This document shows, in pieces, positions 10,493 to 19,710 of a stretch of 64,000 nucleotides of DNA. Within the stretch, counting starts at the first letter, position 1. The number at the start of each line of letters is the position of its first letter. The notes beneath the pieces are model-generated. The model was not told the DNA's origin and ran no database searches. It saw nothing but the letters and a program-made list of their open reading frames with translations. This DNA is from Candidatus Poriferihabitaceae bacterium (GTDB lineage Bacteria > Pseudomonadota > Gammaproteobacteria > Arenicellales > Poriferihabitantaceae): positions 129,341 to 193,340 of the forward strand of contig CBDEGO010000005.1 in assembly GCA_965237995.1 (NCBI GenBank), read 5' to 3'. A program made the translations under genes and the position numbers.

Positions 10493-11119
10493 ATGATTCC
10501 ATTCGATGTACTCACCAGTTTTTTCGCAGTGTCAGTCGTGCTTGCTTTGTCTCCGGGGCCAGATAATATTTTTGTCCTAACGCAGTCACTACTACACGGG
10601 CGCTTTGCTGGCTTGATAGTTACCGTGGGTTTGGCCAGCGGCATTTTAATTCATACCGCCGCAGTTAGCTTAGGCGTGGCGGCCTTGCTCGTCGCCTCAC
10701 CTGCGTTGTTTAATGCTTTAAAGTTTATCGGTGCAGCCTACTTATTGTATTTAGCATGGGGGGCATGGAACGCGACTGCGATTGATAAGACGACTGGGGA
10801 CGCTCCAAAATTAAGTACGATAAAGCTATACTTTAGAGGCTTTATCATGAATGTCACTAATCCAAAAGTGACGATATTCTTCCTCGCGTTTTTACCGCAA
10901 TTCACCGATGCCGCACGTGGCTCTGTGCCCATGCAAATCGTGTTATTGGGCGCTACTTTTATAGTGGCCACCTTATTGATTTTTGGTGCAATTGCATTAT
11001 TAGCAGGGTTGCTCGGTCCCAAATTACAAAACTCTGACCGATTTCAAAAAGTTCTAAATCGCAGCGCAGCTGTCATTTTTACTGGGCTTGCATTAAAGCT
11101 TCTAACCGCGCAACTATAG
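10493..11119 (+). CDS. LysE/RhtB family amino-acid exporter (second, tandem paralogue)
   Basis: SPGPDNIFV and NPKVTIFFLAFLPQF motifs. Start moved to the ATG at 10493 (MIPFDVLTSFF) to avoid overlap with the upstream gene. Confidence 0.75.
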   Translation: MIPFDVLTSFFAVSVVLALSPGPDNIFVLTQSLLHGRFAGLIVTVGLASGILIHTAAVSLGVAALLVASPALFNALKFIGAAYLLYLAWGAWNATAIDKTTGDAPKLSTIKLYFRGFIMNVTNPKVTIFFLAFLPQFTDAARGSVPMQIVLLGATFIVATLLIFGAIALLAGLLGPKLQNSDRFQKVLNRSAAVIFTGLALKLLTAQL

Positions 11120-11122
11120 GCC

Positions 11123-11150
11123 AAAAAAAACCCGCTAAGAAGCGGGCTTT
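11123..11150 (-). terminator. Rho-independent terminator of etfBA (also usable on the + strand after the LysE gene)
   Basis: A8-CCCGCT-AAGA-AGCGGG-CTTT. On the minus strand the hairpin is followed by U8. Confidence 0.7.
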
Positions 11151-11170
11151 ATCATTTCAGCCGGCTTGCT

Positions 11171-12100
11171 TTATAACGCAGCTTCCAACGCTGGGATTAC
11201 GTCAAATAAATCTGCAACTAAACCATAACTAGCAACCTGAAAAATTGGTGCATCTTCGTCGGTATTTACCGCAACGATTACCTTACTTTCTTTCATGCCC
11301 GCTAGGTGCTGAATCGCTCCAGAGATACCAAACGCGATATACACATCCGGTGCAACAACCTTACCTGTTTGGCCAACTTGCAGCTCGTTTGGCGCATACC
11401 CGGCGTCAACCGCTGCGCGGGATGCACCAATCGCAGCTCCTAGTTTTTCGGCTAATGGATCAAGAATTTTGAAGTTCTCTTCGCTGCCCATCCCACGGCC
11501 GCCAGAAACGACAATCTTCGCGCTCACTAAATCTGGGCGATCAGATTGACCAATTTCTTCAGAAACAAATTGTGTACCGCCAAACGCAGTTTCAGCAGCA
11601 ACACTTTCGACACTGGCAGAACCCGCCCCTTCTAGCGCTTCAAAAGAAGTGCTGCGCACAGTAATAAGTTTTGTAGCATCGCTACTTTGCACTGTGGCAA
11701 CGGCATTACCCGCGTAGATTGGACGCTCAAAGGTATCAGCGCTTACTATTGCAGAGATATCTGAAATCTGCTGGACATCAAGTTTGGCAGCTACACGCGG
11801 CATCCAGTTTTTGCCCGATGCAGTGGCAACCGCTAAAACATGGCTATAATCATCTGCTAGGCGACAAACCAAGGCAGACATATTTTCCGCAATGGCATTG
11901 GCTAAGCTAGCATCATCTGCATGCAGTACCTTACTTACGCCTGCCGCTGCGGCCACTTCTTGCGCTACCGCGGCGCAATCACTACCCGCAACTAATACGT
12001 GGACATCTGCATCACCTAATTGGCTGGCTGCGCTAATAGCGCTCAAAGTCATGCCATTTAATTCGCTGTTATTATGTTCAGCAACAACTAGTACGCTCAT
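11171..12100 (-). CDS. etfA: Electron transfer flavoprotein subunit alpha
   Basis: 309 aa, C-terminal FAD-binding block [39 protein letters not shown]. Confidence 0.92.
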   Translation of the reverse strand: MSVLVVAEHNNSELNGMTLSAISAASQLGDADVHVLVAGSDCAAVAQEVAAAAGVSKVLHADDASLANAIAENMSALVCRLADDYSHVLAVATASGKNWMPRVAAKLDVQQISDISAIVSADTFERPIYAGNAVATVQSSDATKLITVRSTSFEALEGAGSASVESVAAETAFGGTQFVSEEIGQSDRPDLVSAKIVVSGGRGMGSEENFKILDPLAEKLGAAIGASRAAVDAGYAPNELQVGQTGKVVAPDVYIAFGISGAIQHLAGMKESKVIVAVNTDEDAPIFQVASYGLVADLFDVIPALEAAL

Positions 12101-12849
12101 GATATTACCTTCTCAACGTTACGTAATTTTTCGATTAACTCTTCAACGCTACCCACGATAATGCCTGGTTCACGCTCAGCAGGTTCTTCTACTTTAACCA
12201 CCTTTAAGCGAGGAGAAAAATCAACACCCATGCTCTCTGCTTCAATCACCTCAAGGGGCTTTTTCTTCGCCTTCATGATGTTGGGCAGGTTCGGATAACG
12301 TGGCTCATTTAAGCGTAAATCGGTTGTAATAATCGCGGGTAACGATAGATTTAAAGTTTCGATACCATCGTCAGTCTCGCGGCTTAGCGCAACACTACCA
12401 TCAGAGAATGCAGCCTTAGAAGCAAATGTACCTTGAGGCCAATCTAGCATAGCGGCCAGCATCTGGCCGGTTTGGTTCGAATCGTCGTCAATGGCTTGTT
12501 TGCCTAAAATGACGACACCCGGGCCCATATCATCAACCGCTTTTTTCAGTAGCTTGGCTACGCCTAAGGGCTCAACAGCTGCATCAGTTTTAATGAGTAC
12601 GGCTTCGTCTGCGCCCATTGCAAGAGCCGTGCGAAGAGTTTCCTGTGACTTTTCAGTGCCGATAGAAATGGCAACCACTTCAGTGGCAACCCCCGCTTCG
12701 CGCATACGCAACGCTTCTTCTATAGCTACTTCGTCAAACGGATTCATCGCCATTTTGACATTTTCGGTTTCTACACCGGATTGGTCAGACTTAACGCGAA
12801 TCTTCACGTTGTAGTCAATGACCCGTTTTACTGGTACCAAGACTTTCAT
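12097..12849 (-). CDS. etfB: Electron transfer flavoprotein subunit beta
   Basis: [19 protein letters not shown] is the canonical EtfB N-terminus. Start set to the internal ATG at 12849. 4-nt overlap with etfA. Confidence 0.92.
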   Translation of the reverse strand: MKVLVPVKRVIDYNVKIRVKSDQSGVETENVKMAMNPFDEVAIEEALRMREAGVATEVVAISIGTEKSQETLRTALAMGADEAVLIKTDAAVEPLGVAKLLKKAVDDMGPGVVILGKQAIDDDSNQTGQMLAAMLDWPQGTFASKAAFSDGSVALSRETDDGIETLNLSLPAIITTDLRLNEPRYPNLPNIMKAKKKPLEVIEAESMGVDFSPRLKVVKVEEPAEREPGIIVGSVEELIEKLRNVEKVIS

Positions 12850-13116
12850 GTGCGCTTTACAGTTGAGATTAAAAAAGTGGCGGGATATTAGCATACGCGG
12901 GTTCACGCTTTAAGCCATAGAAAGGGTTTAACCGCGTCTTGCTTATGTGTTGTAGCGACACGCTTTACATACAGTGTCTTTTTCACTCTCAAACAATTAG
13001 AAAGTGACCGCTTTTATTTGCCTGTCATACCAATATACTACCACTAATAGCGTGATTCACTTAAAAGCATCAGCTATAATTATTGTTAATATAAATTTCA
13101 CTATAGGTATCTACAT

Positions 13117-13320
13117 ATGTCAGTAGCAAGAGTTACAGAGATTATCGCCTCTTCAGATAAAGGTTTCGATGACGCCATTAAAAACGGCATCAGTCGCGCC
13201 ACCAAAACATTAAAAAATGTTCGTAGCGCATGGGTTAAAGATCAAAACGTTAACGTTGTTGACGGCAAAATCGAGTCTTATCGCGTGTCAATGCACGTCA
13301 CATTTGTTTTAGAAGACTAA
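13117..13320 (+). CDS. Dodecin-family flavin-binding protein
   Basis: 67 aa. VARVTEIIASSDKGFDDAIKNGISRATKTLKNVRSAWVKDQ matches the dodecin fold family pattern. Confidence 0.7.
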   Translation: MSVARVTEIIASSDKGFDDAIKNGISRATKTLKNVRSAWVKDQNVNVVDGKIESYRVSMHVTFVLED

Positions 13321-13335
13321 CACCCCGCAAGACTT

Positions 13336-13362
13336 TGCTGCTTGTTTACGCAAGCAGCATAT
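13336..13362 (+). terminator. Possible terminator after the dodecin gene
   Basis: TGCTGCTTG-TTTACG-CAAGCAGCA hairpin with a weak U tract. Confidence 0.4.
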
Positions 13363-13439
13363 CACTTCCCAAATAGTAAAATTAAAAATACCCGCCCGCG
13401 GGTAGAGACCCGTCATCACAATAGTTAGTTAACAAATCA

Positions 13440-15074
13440 ATGAGCAATCTAAATCAACACCTTGAACAACTCGGCATTACCCATAGTACCGAGTTGGTTT
13501 ACAACCCCAGTTACGAACAGCTGTTTGAAGAAGAAATGGACGCCACCTTAGCCGGTTACGAAAAAGGCAAACTAACTAACATGGGCGCCGTGTCAGTTGA
13601 CACTGGCATCTTTACTGGTCGTTCGCCTAAAGATAAATACATCGTGCGTGACGATACTTCACGTGACAACGTATGGTGGTCTGATCAAGGCAAAAATGAC
13701 AACCAACCCATGTCTCAAGAAACTTGGGAAGACTTAAAAGGCAAAGTCACTCATGGTCTATCAAACAAGCGTTTGTTCGTCGTTGACGCGTATTGCGGCG
13801 CAAACCCAGCCACTCAGTTAAAAGTACGCTTCGTCATGGAAGTGGCCTGGCAAGCGCATTTTGTCAAGAACATGTTTATTCGCCCAACGGATGAACAGCT
13901 TACGGATTTCACCCCCGACTTCACCATTTTGAATGGTTCTAAAACAGTAAATCAAGATTGGCAACAGCAAGGGCTAAATTCTGAAAATTTTGTTGCTTTT
14001 AACTTAAGCGAAGGTATGCAGCTAATTGGTGGCACTTGGTACGGCGGCGAAATGAAAAAGGGCATGTTCTCGATGATGAACTACCTACTTCCACTGAAGG
14101 GCATTGCCTCAATGCATTGTTCGGCTAACAAAGGCGCAGATGGCGATACCGCCATCTTCTTCGGATTGTCTGGTACAGGAAAAACAACTTTATCCACAGA
14201 CTCTACCCGCCAACTAGTCGGTGACGACGAGCATGGTTGGGATGATGATGGCATCTTTAATTTTGAAGGGGGTTGTTACGCAAAGACCGTCAATTTAAGT
14301 GAAGAAGCCGAACCAGATATTTTCGGTGCAATTCGCCGCGATGCGCTACTTGAAAATGTGGCGGTTGCCGCAGATGGCACCGTCGATTTCAACGACACGT
14401 CGGCCACAGAAAACACTCGCGTTTCCTATCCGATATATCATATCAATAATATCGTCAAACCGATTTCCCGTGCAGGGCACGCCAGCAAGGTTATTTTCTT
14501 GTCTGCCGACGCATTTGGCGTACTACCACCCGTTGCTAAGCTAACGCCAGAGCAAATGCAGTATCACTTCCTGTCTGGCTTCACCGCCAAACTAGCTGGC
14601 ACAGAACGCGGTGTCACAGAGCCAACGCCTACTTTTTCTGCTTGCTTTGGGGCTGCTTTTTTGAGCTTACACCCAACCCGTTATGCGGAGACATTGGTTA
14701 AGCGCGTTGAAAACGCAGGCGCTCAAGCCTATCTAGTCAACACCGGCTGGAATGGCACAGGCAAACGTATTTCAATTCAAAACACCCGTGAGATTATTAA
14801 CGCGATATTGGACGGCTCTATTGAAGAATCAGAAACTATTCAATTGCCGTACTTTGATTTTGCAATCCCCACCGCATTAAGCGGTGTTGAAACTAATATT
14901 TTAGACCCACGCAACACCTATGCTGATGCAGCACAGTGGGACACTAAGGCAGTTGACTTAGCCAAGTTATTTATCGCAAATTTTGAGAAATATACTGATA
15001 CAGATGCTGGAAAAATGCTGGTAGCGGCAGGGCCTCAAGAAGTGGACCCCATGAATAGGACAGTTTGGTGTTAA
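13440..15074 (+). CDS. pckA: Phosphoenolpyruvate carboxykinase (ATP); the last 12 codons are supplied by an IS fragment
   Basis: [19 protein letters not shown] and [13 protein letters not shown] motifs. Ends ...[19 protein letters not shown], then [11 protein letters not shown] read from IS-derived DNA starting at 15039. Confidence 0.93.
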   Translation: MSNLNQHLEQLGITHSTELVYNPSYEQLFEEEMDATLAGYEKGKLTNMGAVSVDTGIFTGRSPKDKYIVRDDTSRDNVWWSDQGKNDNQPMSQETWEDLKGKVTHGLSNKRLFVVDAYCGANPATQLKVRFVMEVAWQAHFVKNMFIRPTDEQLTDFTPDFTILNGSKTVNQDWQQQGLNSENFVAFNLSEGMQLIGGTWYGGEMKKGMFSMMNYLLPLKGIASMHCSANKGADGDTAIFFGLSGTGKTTLSTDSTRQLVGDDEHGWDDDGIFNFEGGCYAKTVNLSEEAEPDIFGAIRRDALLENVAVAADGTVDFNDTSATENTRVSYPIYHINNIVKPISRAGHASKVIFLSADAFGVLPPVAKLTPEQMQYHFLSGFTAKLAGTERGVTEPTPTFSACFGAAFLSLHPTRYAETLVKRVENAGAQAYLVNTGWNGTGKRISIQNTREIINAILDGSIEESETIQLPYFDFAIPTALSGVETNILDPRNTYADAAQWDTKAVDLAKLFIANFEKYTDTDAGKMLVAAGPQEVDPMNRTVWC

Positions 15075-15112
15075 AGCTAAGGAGTTATTTTCTGTTTTAT
15101 AATTGTTCAAAA
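15039..15112 (+). mobile_element. Solo left-end fragment (74 bp) of the IS3-family element that is complete at 20769-22033
   Basis: GAAGTGGACCCCATGAATAGGACAG...TTGTTCAAAA aligns to 20769-20842 with 3 mismatches. Identity stops at 15113. Confidence 0.85.
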
Positions 15113-15352
15113 GGGTAGAAGTTTATGCATAGACTCTTCCAATATATGCAACTTAATCAGCTTAGACTCTAATTCATTTTTCAGGGTATTAGACAGTGAT
15201 TTGCGCTTTCGGTTATCTAGATTCCTCCTTTCTAGAGAAAGCGCCTTTAAGATATAATCTTGCTCAGATGTTATGCTTTCACTAGAAGACTCGGCTATTG
15301 CGATTATATTTTGTATTTCCCTTATTTCATCGTCAAGGCAACCCTGCTTCAT
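15107..15352 (-). CDS. Hypothetical small coiled-coil protein, possibly a 3'-truncated remnant
   Basis: 81-aa ORF in AT-rich island DNA. Its stop codon (15107-15109) lies inside the IS fragment, so the C-terminus was created by the junction. Confidence 0.3.
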   Translation of the reverse strand: MKQGCLDDEIREIQNIIAIAESSSESITSEQDYILKALSLERRNLDNRKRKSLSNTLKNELESKLIKLHILEESMHKLLPF

Positions 15353-15432
15353 AATGAAGTTTGTTATAATTCTCTAGATTGTTTAACTTAATGTCGTCAT
15401 TTTTCATAGCCATGTAGATGTAAATCTAAATA

Positions 15433-15500
15433 CTGTCGAATTGTTTGAAATTACTCTACTGCCAATTAGAGTATTTTCTGATTTCAAAACAATTCGACAG
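15433..15500. repeat. Long imperfect inverted repeat (about 68 nt hairpin) just downstream of the 15516 gene; possible terminator or MITE-like element
   Basis: CTGTCGAATTGTTTGAAAT-TACTCTA-CTGCCAAT-TAGAGTA-TTTTCTG-ATTTCAAAACAATTCGACAG. Confidence 0.5.
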
Positions 15501-15515
15501 ATCCAAGAAATCCAG

Positions 15516-16241
15516 TTAAGCAGCAATATCTGCAATTAGCTTATTTTCTTCTACTATAGTTTGGTCATAGAGTTCTTGAAAATACTCTCGGAAATATTTA
15601 GATATACTTTTAAGAATCTTGGTAAATTCTTCAAGGTGGTCATTTGATCTAAGTAAGGAATAGCTAATTTCAAATATCATTTCTAGATGATCTTCATTTA
15701 CATCAAATTGTACATGAGCCTTAGAGCCTTTTACGTGTTTAGAAGAAAACTTTTCCTCTGCTTTTTCTACTACGCTAGGTGAATATCGATCAGAATTCCA
15801 CTCCACAAATAGAGAATATCCAACTGCCCCGAGCGGTTCTCCTCCCGATATTACATTCGCTAAATATTCACCCATGTTTTTTGTTGCCTCGAAGGGAGTA
15901 ATCGAATTAACATATTCAGGGCTAAGGTTGTGTTTTTTGATATCAGTCAAGAACATTTTATCGTGATTCATTTCCTGTACGGTGTATAATCCCCATTTTC
16001 GTGCCATTGGGTAATTAATTTTGGCAATTTGTGAAAGTGCTAATGCATCTGTTGATGTAGTCATTCTAATGCGCTTAACTGTTTCAACTCTATGACGCAA
16101 ATAATATTGCTCATTGAGTTCATGTTGTTTATTTGTCAAATGATCTGCATAATCTACTATATTGAAATAGATTTGCAATTCAGATTCAAATAATCTTTCG
16201 ATGTTTTCTTTAAAGTCTTGATATTTCATTAATGGTTTCAT
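15516..16241 (-). CDS. Hypothetical all-helical protein, tentatively heme-oxygenase-like (HDO / Haem_oxygenas_2-like) fold
   Basis: His/carboxylate-rich helices (VDYADH, FVEWNSD, HVQFDVNEDH with H-x3-D spacing). Start chosen at the ATG at 16241, 9 nt after GGAAGGA; the track ORF begins at TTG 16259. The family call is an inference, not a confirmed match. Confidence 0.35.
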   Translation of the reverse strand: MKPLMKYQDFKENIERLFESELQIYFNIVDYADHLTNKQHELNEQYYLRHRVETVKRIRMTTSTDALALSQIAKINYPMARKWGLYTVQEMNHDKMFLTDIKKHNLSPEYVNSITPFEATKNMGEYLANVISGGEPLGAVGYSLFVEWNSDRYSPSVVEKAEEKFSSKHVKGSKAHVQFDVNEDHLEMIFEISYSLLRSNDHLEEFTKILKSISKYFREYFQELYDQTIVEENKLIADIAA

Positions 16242-16281
16242 ATTCATACTTCCTTCCAATAGGGTTAGTGTGATTTGGGTA

Positions 16282-16325
16282 GCCGGGCTAGGGCCAAACT
16301 TTACAGCGAATGGCCCTAGCTCGGC
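16282..16325. repeat. GC-rich 15-bp inverted repeat (REP-like or RNA-stabilising hairpin) in an AT-rich spacer
   Basis: GCCGGGCTAGGGCCA-N14-TGGCCCTAGCTCGGC with one mismatch. No U-tract on the minus strand. Confidence 0.5.
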
Positions 16326-16409
16326 CTATTCAACAATTATTTAATGGTGTCCATCTTTCGCCTCCAAATGGTTAAAGTTAATGAAATTCGCAGTGTAGAT
16401 AGATATACA

Positions 16410-17291
16410 CTACGACCGAAATCGCTTTGATATACACATGTATATACCAGCGAATATAAATACTGAGGCTATTGTGAGTTCGATTGTTAGTACTTCATCA
16501 GCGAATACAATGCCTAAGGCCAGAGCAACTATAGGTATCAAATAGTTGTTCATAGTGAAATATGTTGCTCCTTTAGAAGCAATTAGACCGTACATAATTA
16601 CAAATGGAATAGCAGTGCTGATCACTCCTAACGCGATAGTCGCGTATAGAGAATTCAAGCTGAACTGCGGAAAATTAGGCTGTTCATAGATAACAGCTGG
16701 TACTAATGTAATTGCAGCAATGAATGTGACTGCGGTTGCAATCATCTCCGGCTTAACGTTCTTAACTTTTTTAGCTAGTATTGTTGAAATGGCATACGCA
16801 ATAGCGGCAAGAACAGCCGATAGTATAGCAATCATGTTTTCAACGTTATTAAAAGATATTTCAGGATAATAAATAATTCCAACACCAATCAATCCCAATA
16901 CGACACCAAATACTTTAGCTTTATCTATGGCTTCGTCTTTCGCTAAAAAGAAAGCTAGGATAAAGACAAACATTGGTACCGTTCCGATTAATAGACCAGT
17001 AAGGCCGCTGTCAATATGTTTTTCGGCAAAGGATACAAGTGAAAAAGGTATAACGTTTCCTACTATGCCTATAATGATGATAACCCTCCAAGACTTGGAA
17101 TCGCCACTAAAGCTAATTCTCTTAACCAATAAATAGCCGCCTAAGACTACTGTTGCAATAGCAACCCTAAGAAACACTAAAGTAAATATTGGTATGGTAT
17201 CAATACCATACTTTATAAATAAGAATGATGCACCCCGACACAAAGCAATCAAAAAAATCAACAATATGGGCGTTAGAAATGGACTCAGCAA
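16410..17291 (-). CDS. DMT superfamily (EamA-like) transporter
   Basis: 293 aa with about 10 hydrophobic segments in two EamA-like halves. Overlaps the upstream N-hydroxylase gene by 7 nt. Confidence 0.75.
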   Translation of the reverse strand: MLSPFLTPILLIFLIALCRGASFLFIKYGIDTIPIFTLVFLRVAIATVVLGGYLLVKRISFSGDSKSWRVIIIIGIVGNVIPFSLVSFAEKHIDSGLTGLLIGTVPMFVFILAFFLAKDEAIDKAKVFGVVLGLIGVGIIYYPEISFNNVENMIAILSAVLAAIAYAISTILAKKVKNVKPEMIATAVTFIAAITLVPAVIYEQPNFPQFSLNSLYATIALGVISTAIPFVIMYGLIASKGATYFTMNNYLIPIVALALGIVFADEVLTIELTIASVFIFAGIYMCISKRFRS

Positions 17292-18577
17292 CTGACTATC
17301 TCCTCTAGATTATCCCACACCACAAATTCTTCACGATCTGGCACGGTAAATATCTCCCTCTCACATATACTATTTAAGATCAATGAATTTCTCCAAGGTG
17401 ACATTCCCAAATTTGGTTCTGCTATACCGTTTTTGCTCTTTGTCATTCCTTGTAAATATATTTTATTTCCATTATGTTTATCTGATATCAAAGAAAAGTC
17501 ATCATTTACATCAAAGCCATCCATATTAATTCCGCTATTAGAGGCAATATTCGACATAATATCCGGGAGTACAGCTTTTTGGCCCAGAGATAATACAACG
17601 TAATCTGATTCAATATTCTCCCGCTTTCCATTTGCTAGATGGTGCAATTTCAATTTCCAACGCGAGTCTTCACATGCCAACGCTTTTAGTTCTCTATCTG
17701 GTGCGATAATGTACTTACAATGGTGTTGTTCAACATAAATACGCCTATAAAGGTCTTTATATATTTCTCCTAACGTCTCTAATGAAATTCCATCACTAGC
17801 TAATTTTTGCGAATTATTTTTACTTTTTCTCGTTGTTTCCTTCAGCGAGCTAAAATACCTCGCATAAGAAGGGGTATACAGTTCGTTAACGAATGGCGAG
17901 TCATCAAAAGGCAGTAAGTTTTCTCTTCTTGTTAGCCAAATAATCTTACTTATTTCTTGATCGTCTGATCGAGATAGTAAGTCAATAAATATTTCGGCAC
18001 TAGTCTGACCACCTCCTACTAAGGCGACGACACCAGAGATATTCTCAGGGGAGGAATGTAAATATTTCCTAGCCATTATAATGCGGTCATCCTTAACACA
18101 TTCCGCTATAAACTCTTGCCCCGCTTCATATTGTCCTGTTCCAAGTACTATGTGCTCTGAATAGTATTTTCCACTGGTTGTATTTACGCAAAATACATCT
18201 TCCATAAAATCAACGGTAATAACATTACACGAATAACAAACGTTCGATAAAGAATTGGATACCCAGTTCATATATCTAGCGAATTCCTTTCTCGGAATAA
18301 ATTCATAATCCGCATTTAAGAATTTATATAATCGCCCATTTTTATGGAGATAATTCACGAAACTATATTTGCTTTGCGGGTTCGCTAATGTAACAAGGTC
18401 TTTAATATGAGAGGTTTGTAGTGTTGCATTCTCAAAAAGGAGACCATTATGCCAATACGAGCCAATATCTTTTTTTTCAAAGAATAAGGAGTCTATATCG
18501 CCCAACTCTTCAGATAAAGCAGCTAAGCTCAAATTGAATGGCCCTAACCCTACTCCAATAACTTTATATGTCTTCAA
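17285..18577 (-). CDS. Flavin-dependent N-hydroxylating monooxygenase, IucD/PvdA (lysine N6-hydroxylase / ornithine N5-oxygenase) family
   Basis: GVGLGPFNLSLAAL...SYWHNGLLF...LQTSHIKDLVTLANPQSKYSFVNYLHKNGRLYKF is collinear with IucD. NADPH motif VGGGQTSAEIF. Confidence 0.8.
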   Translation of the reverse strand: MKTYKVIGVGLGPFNLSLAALSEELGDIDSLFFEKKDIGSYWHNGLLFENATLQTSHIKDLVTLANPQSKYSFVNYLHKNGRLYKFLNADYEFIPRKEFARYMNWVSNSLSNVCYSCNVITVDFMEDVFCVNTTSGKYYSEHIVLGTGQYEAGQEFIAECVKDDRIIMARKYLHSSPENISGVVALVGGGQTSAEIFIDLLSRSDDQEISKIIWLTRRENLLPFDDSPFVNELYTPSYARYFSSLKETTRKSKNNSQKLASDGISLETLGEIYKDLYRRIYVEQHHCKYIIAPDRELKALACEDSRWKLKLHHLANGKRENIESDYVVLSLGQKAVLPDIMSNIASNSGINMDGFDVNDDFSLISDKHNGNKIYLQGMTKSKNGIAEPNLGMSPWRNSLILNSICEREIFTVPDREEFVVWDNLEEIVSC

Positions 18578-18642
18578 CGCATACTCCTTCTATTCCAAAT
18601 ATTATTGTTACTCAAATATAGAAAATATGAAGTCAATATATC

Positions 18643-19611
18643 CTAGTTATATTCGATTCCATATCTATTTGACAAATTCAGATTTGTTTTTCTGTAATAA
18701 TCTTTGACCTTCTTTGAAATGGGACTAGGTAAAATATACCTAGACTTTTCTTGCTTTACCAGAAGGCCATTATAGATCCTGTCTACAACCTTCTTTAAGG
18801 TATCATTCTTAATTACATGAAAATTACTATGGTATTTACTCAATTGGGTATATCTCTCAGGGTCTTCTTTGAATATTTTTCTACCTAATCTTTGAAAGAG
18901 AGGTATCCGAACTTCGTATGAGCACATATATGGTTTGAACTCATATGTGTCATATATATCAGAACTTATTTCTAGAAAAGTACATATTTTTCTCATAACA
19001 GCTTTTGGCTGACTTGCCATTTCTTCTAAAGTCCCAAAGTAAATGTTTTCTCTCCCTATAGCCTCTATCCAGCGTGTAATGTGGTCTTCGTAGCATCCCA
19101 TTTCTAGCTCTAGATTAAATATTTCTTTGAAGAAGTCCTTTTTAATCTTTCTAAGATATAAATCCTTCTTCTCGTCACCATCAAATAGTGCGGTTACAAA
19201 TTCTTCATATGTTGATTCTGGATATTCTTGATAGACATTCTTAAAGTATCTAAAGCTTGATAGCAATCTATCGGCGGGGTTGCGAATTGTAAATATGACC
19301 TTACTACCACTTTCTTTCGCGTACTCTAAGGCACGATTTTGAGAATAGTAGCAAGGCGTAGCATCTAGCAAATACTTTTCTCCTTGACGGTGACGATATA
19401 AACTTGCAATTCCACCTTGGGACCCATCTGCTGTTTTTTCTAACGCCTTACTCATTGAGTCGAACGGCGAACCCTGATCTACATAATGGTAAAGCTCCTT
19501 AGCAAACGGCACACAAATTTCGCCATGTTCAGATAAGTACTTTGATAGTGATGTAGTCCCGCATTTGTAGAAACCCACTATTAGTAGGTTTGGTGAAGTT
19601 AATCCAATCAT
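18643..19611 (-). CDS. PAPS-dependent sulfotransferase
   Basis: 5'-PSB loop FYKCGTTSL and 3'-PB motif IRNPADRLLSSF. Confidence 0.75.
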   Translation of the reverse strand: MIGLTSPNLLIVGFYKCGTTSLSKYLSEHGEICVPFAKELYHYVDQGSPFDSMSKALEKTADGSQGGIASLYRHRQGEKYLLDATPCYYSQNRALEYAKESGSKVIFTIRNPADRLLSSFRYFKNVYQEYPESTYEEFVTALFDGDEKKDLYLRKIKKDFFKEIFNLELEMGCYEDHITRWIEAIGRENIYFGTLEEMASQPKAVMRKICTFLEISSDIYDTYEFKPYMCSYEVRIPLFQRLGRKIFKEDPERYTQLSKYHSNFHVIKNDTLKKVVDRIYNGLLVKQEKSRYILPSPISKKVKDYYRKTNLNLSNRYGIEYN

Positions 19612-19612
19612 A

Positions 19613-19706
19613 CTATTTAACCTTATTTATTTAACCCTATTTATTTAACCCTATTTATTTAACCCTATTTATTTAACCCTATTTATTTAACCCTATTTAT
19701 TTAACC
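19613..19706. repeat. 14-bp tandem repeat, about 6.6 copies (CCCTATTTATTTAA), immediately 5' of the sulfotransferase start codon
   Basis: Six full head-to-tail units at 19621-19704, plus a partial unit at 19613-19620. The unit nearest the start forms the putative RBS (AAGG on the minus strand). Confidence 0.95.
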
Positions 19707-19710
19707 TTCA

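Noticed and set aside
12850-12906. 19-codon N-terminal extension of etfB in the ORF track
   Set aside because: The canonical EtfB N-terminus [10 protein letters not shown] begins at the internal ATG (12849). The extension is not conserved-looking.
19613-19706. The 14-bp tandem array as a possible CRISPR array
   Set aside because: The units are directly adjacent with no spacers and are far shorter than CRISPR repeats. No cas genes are present.
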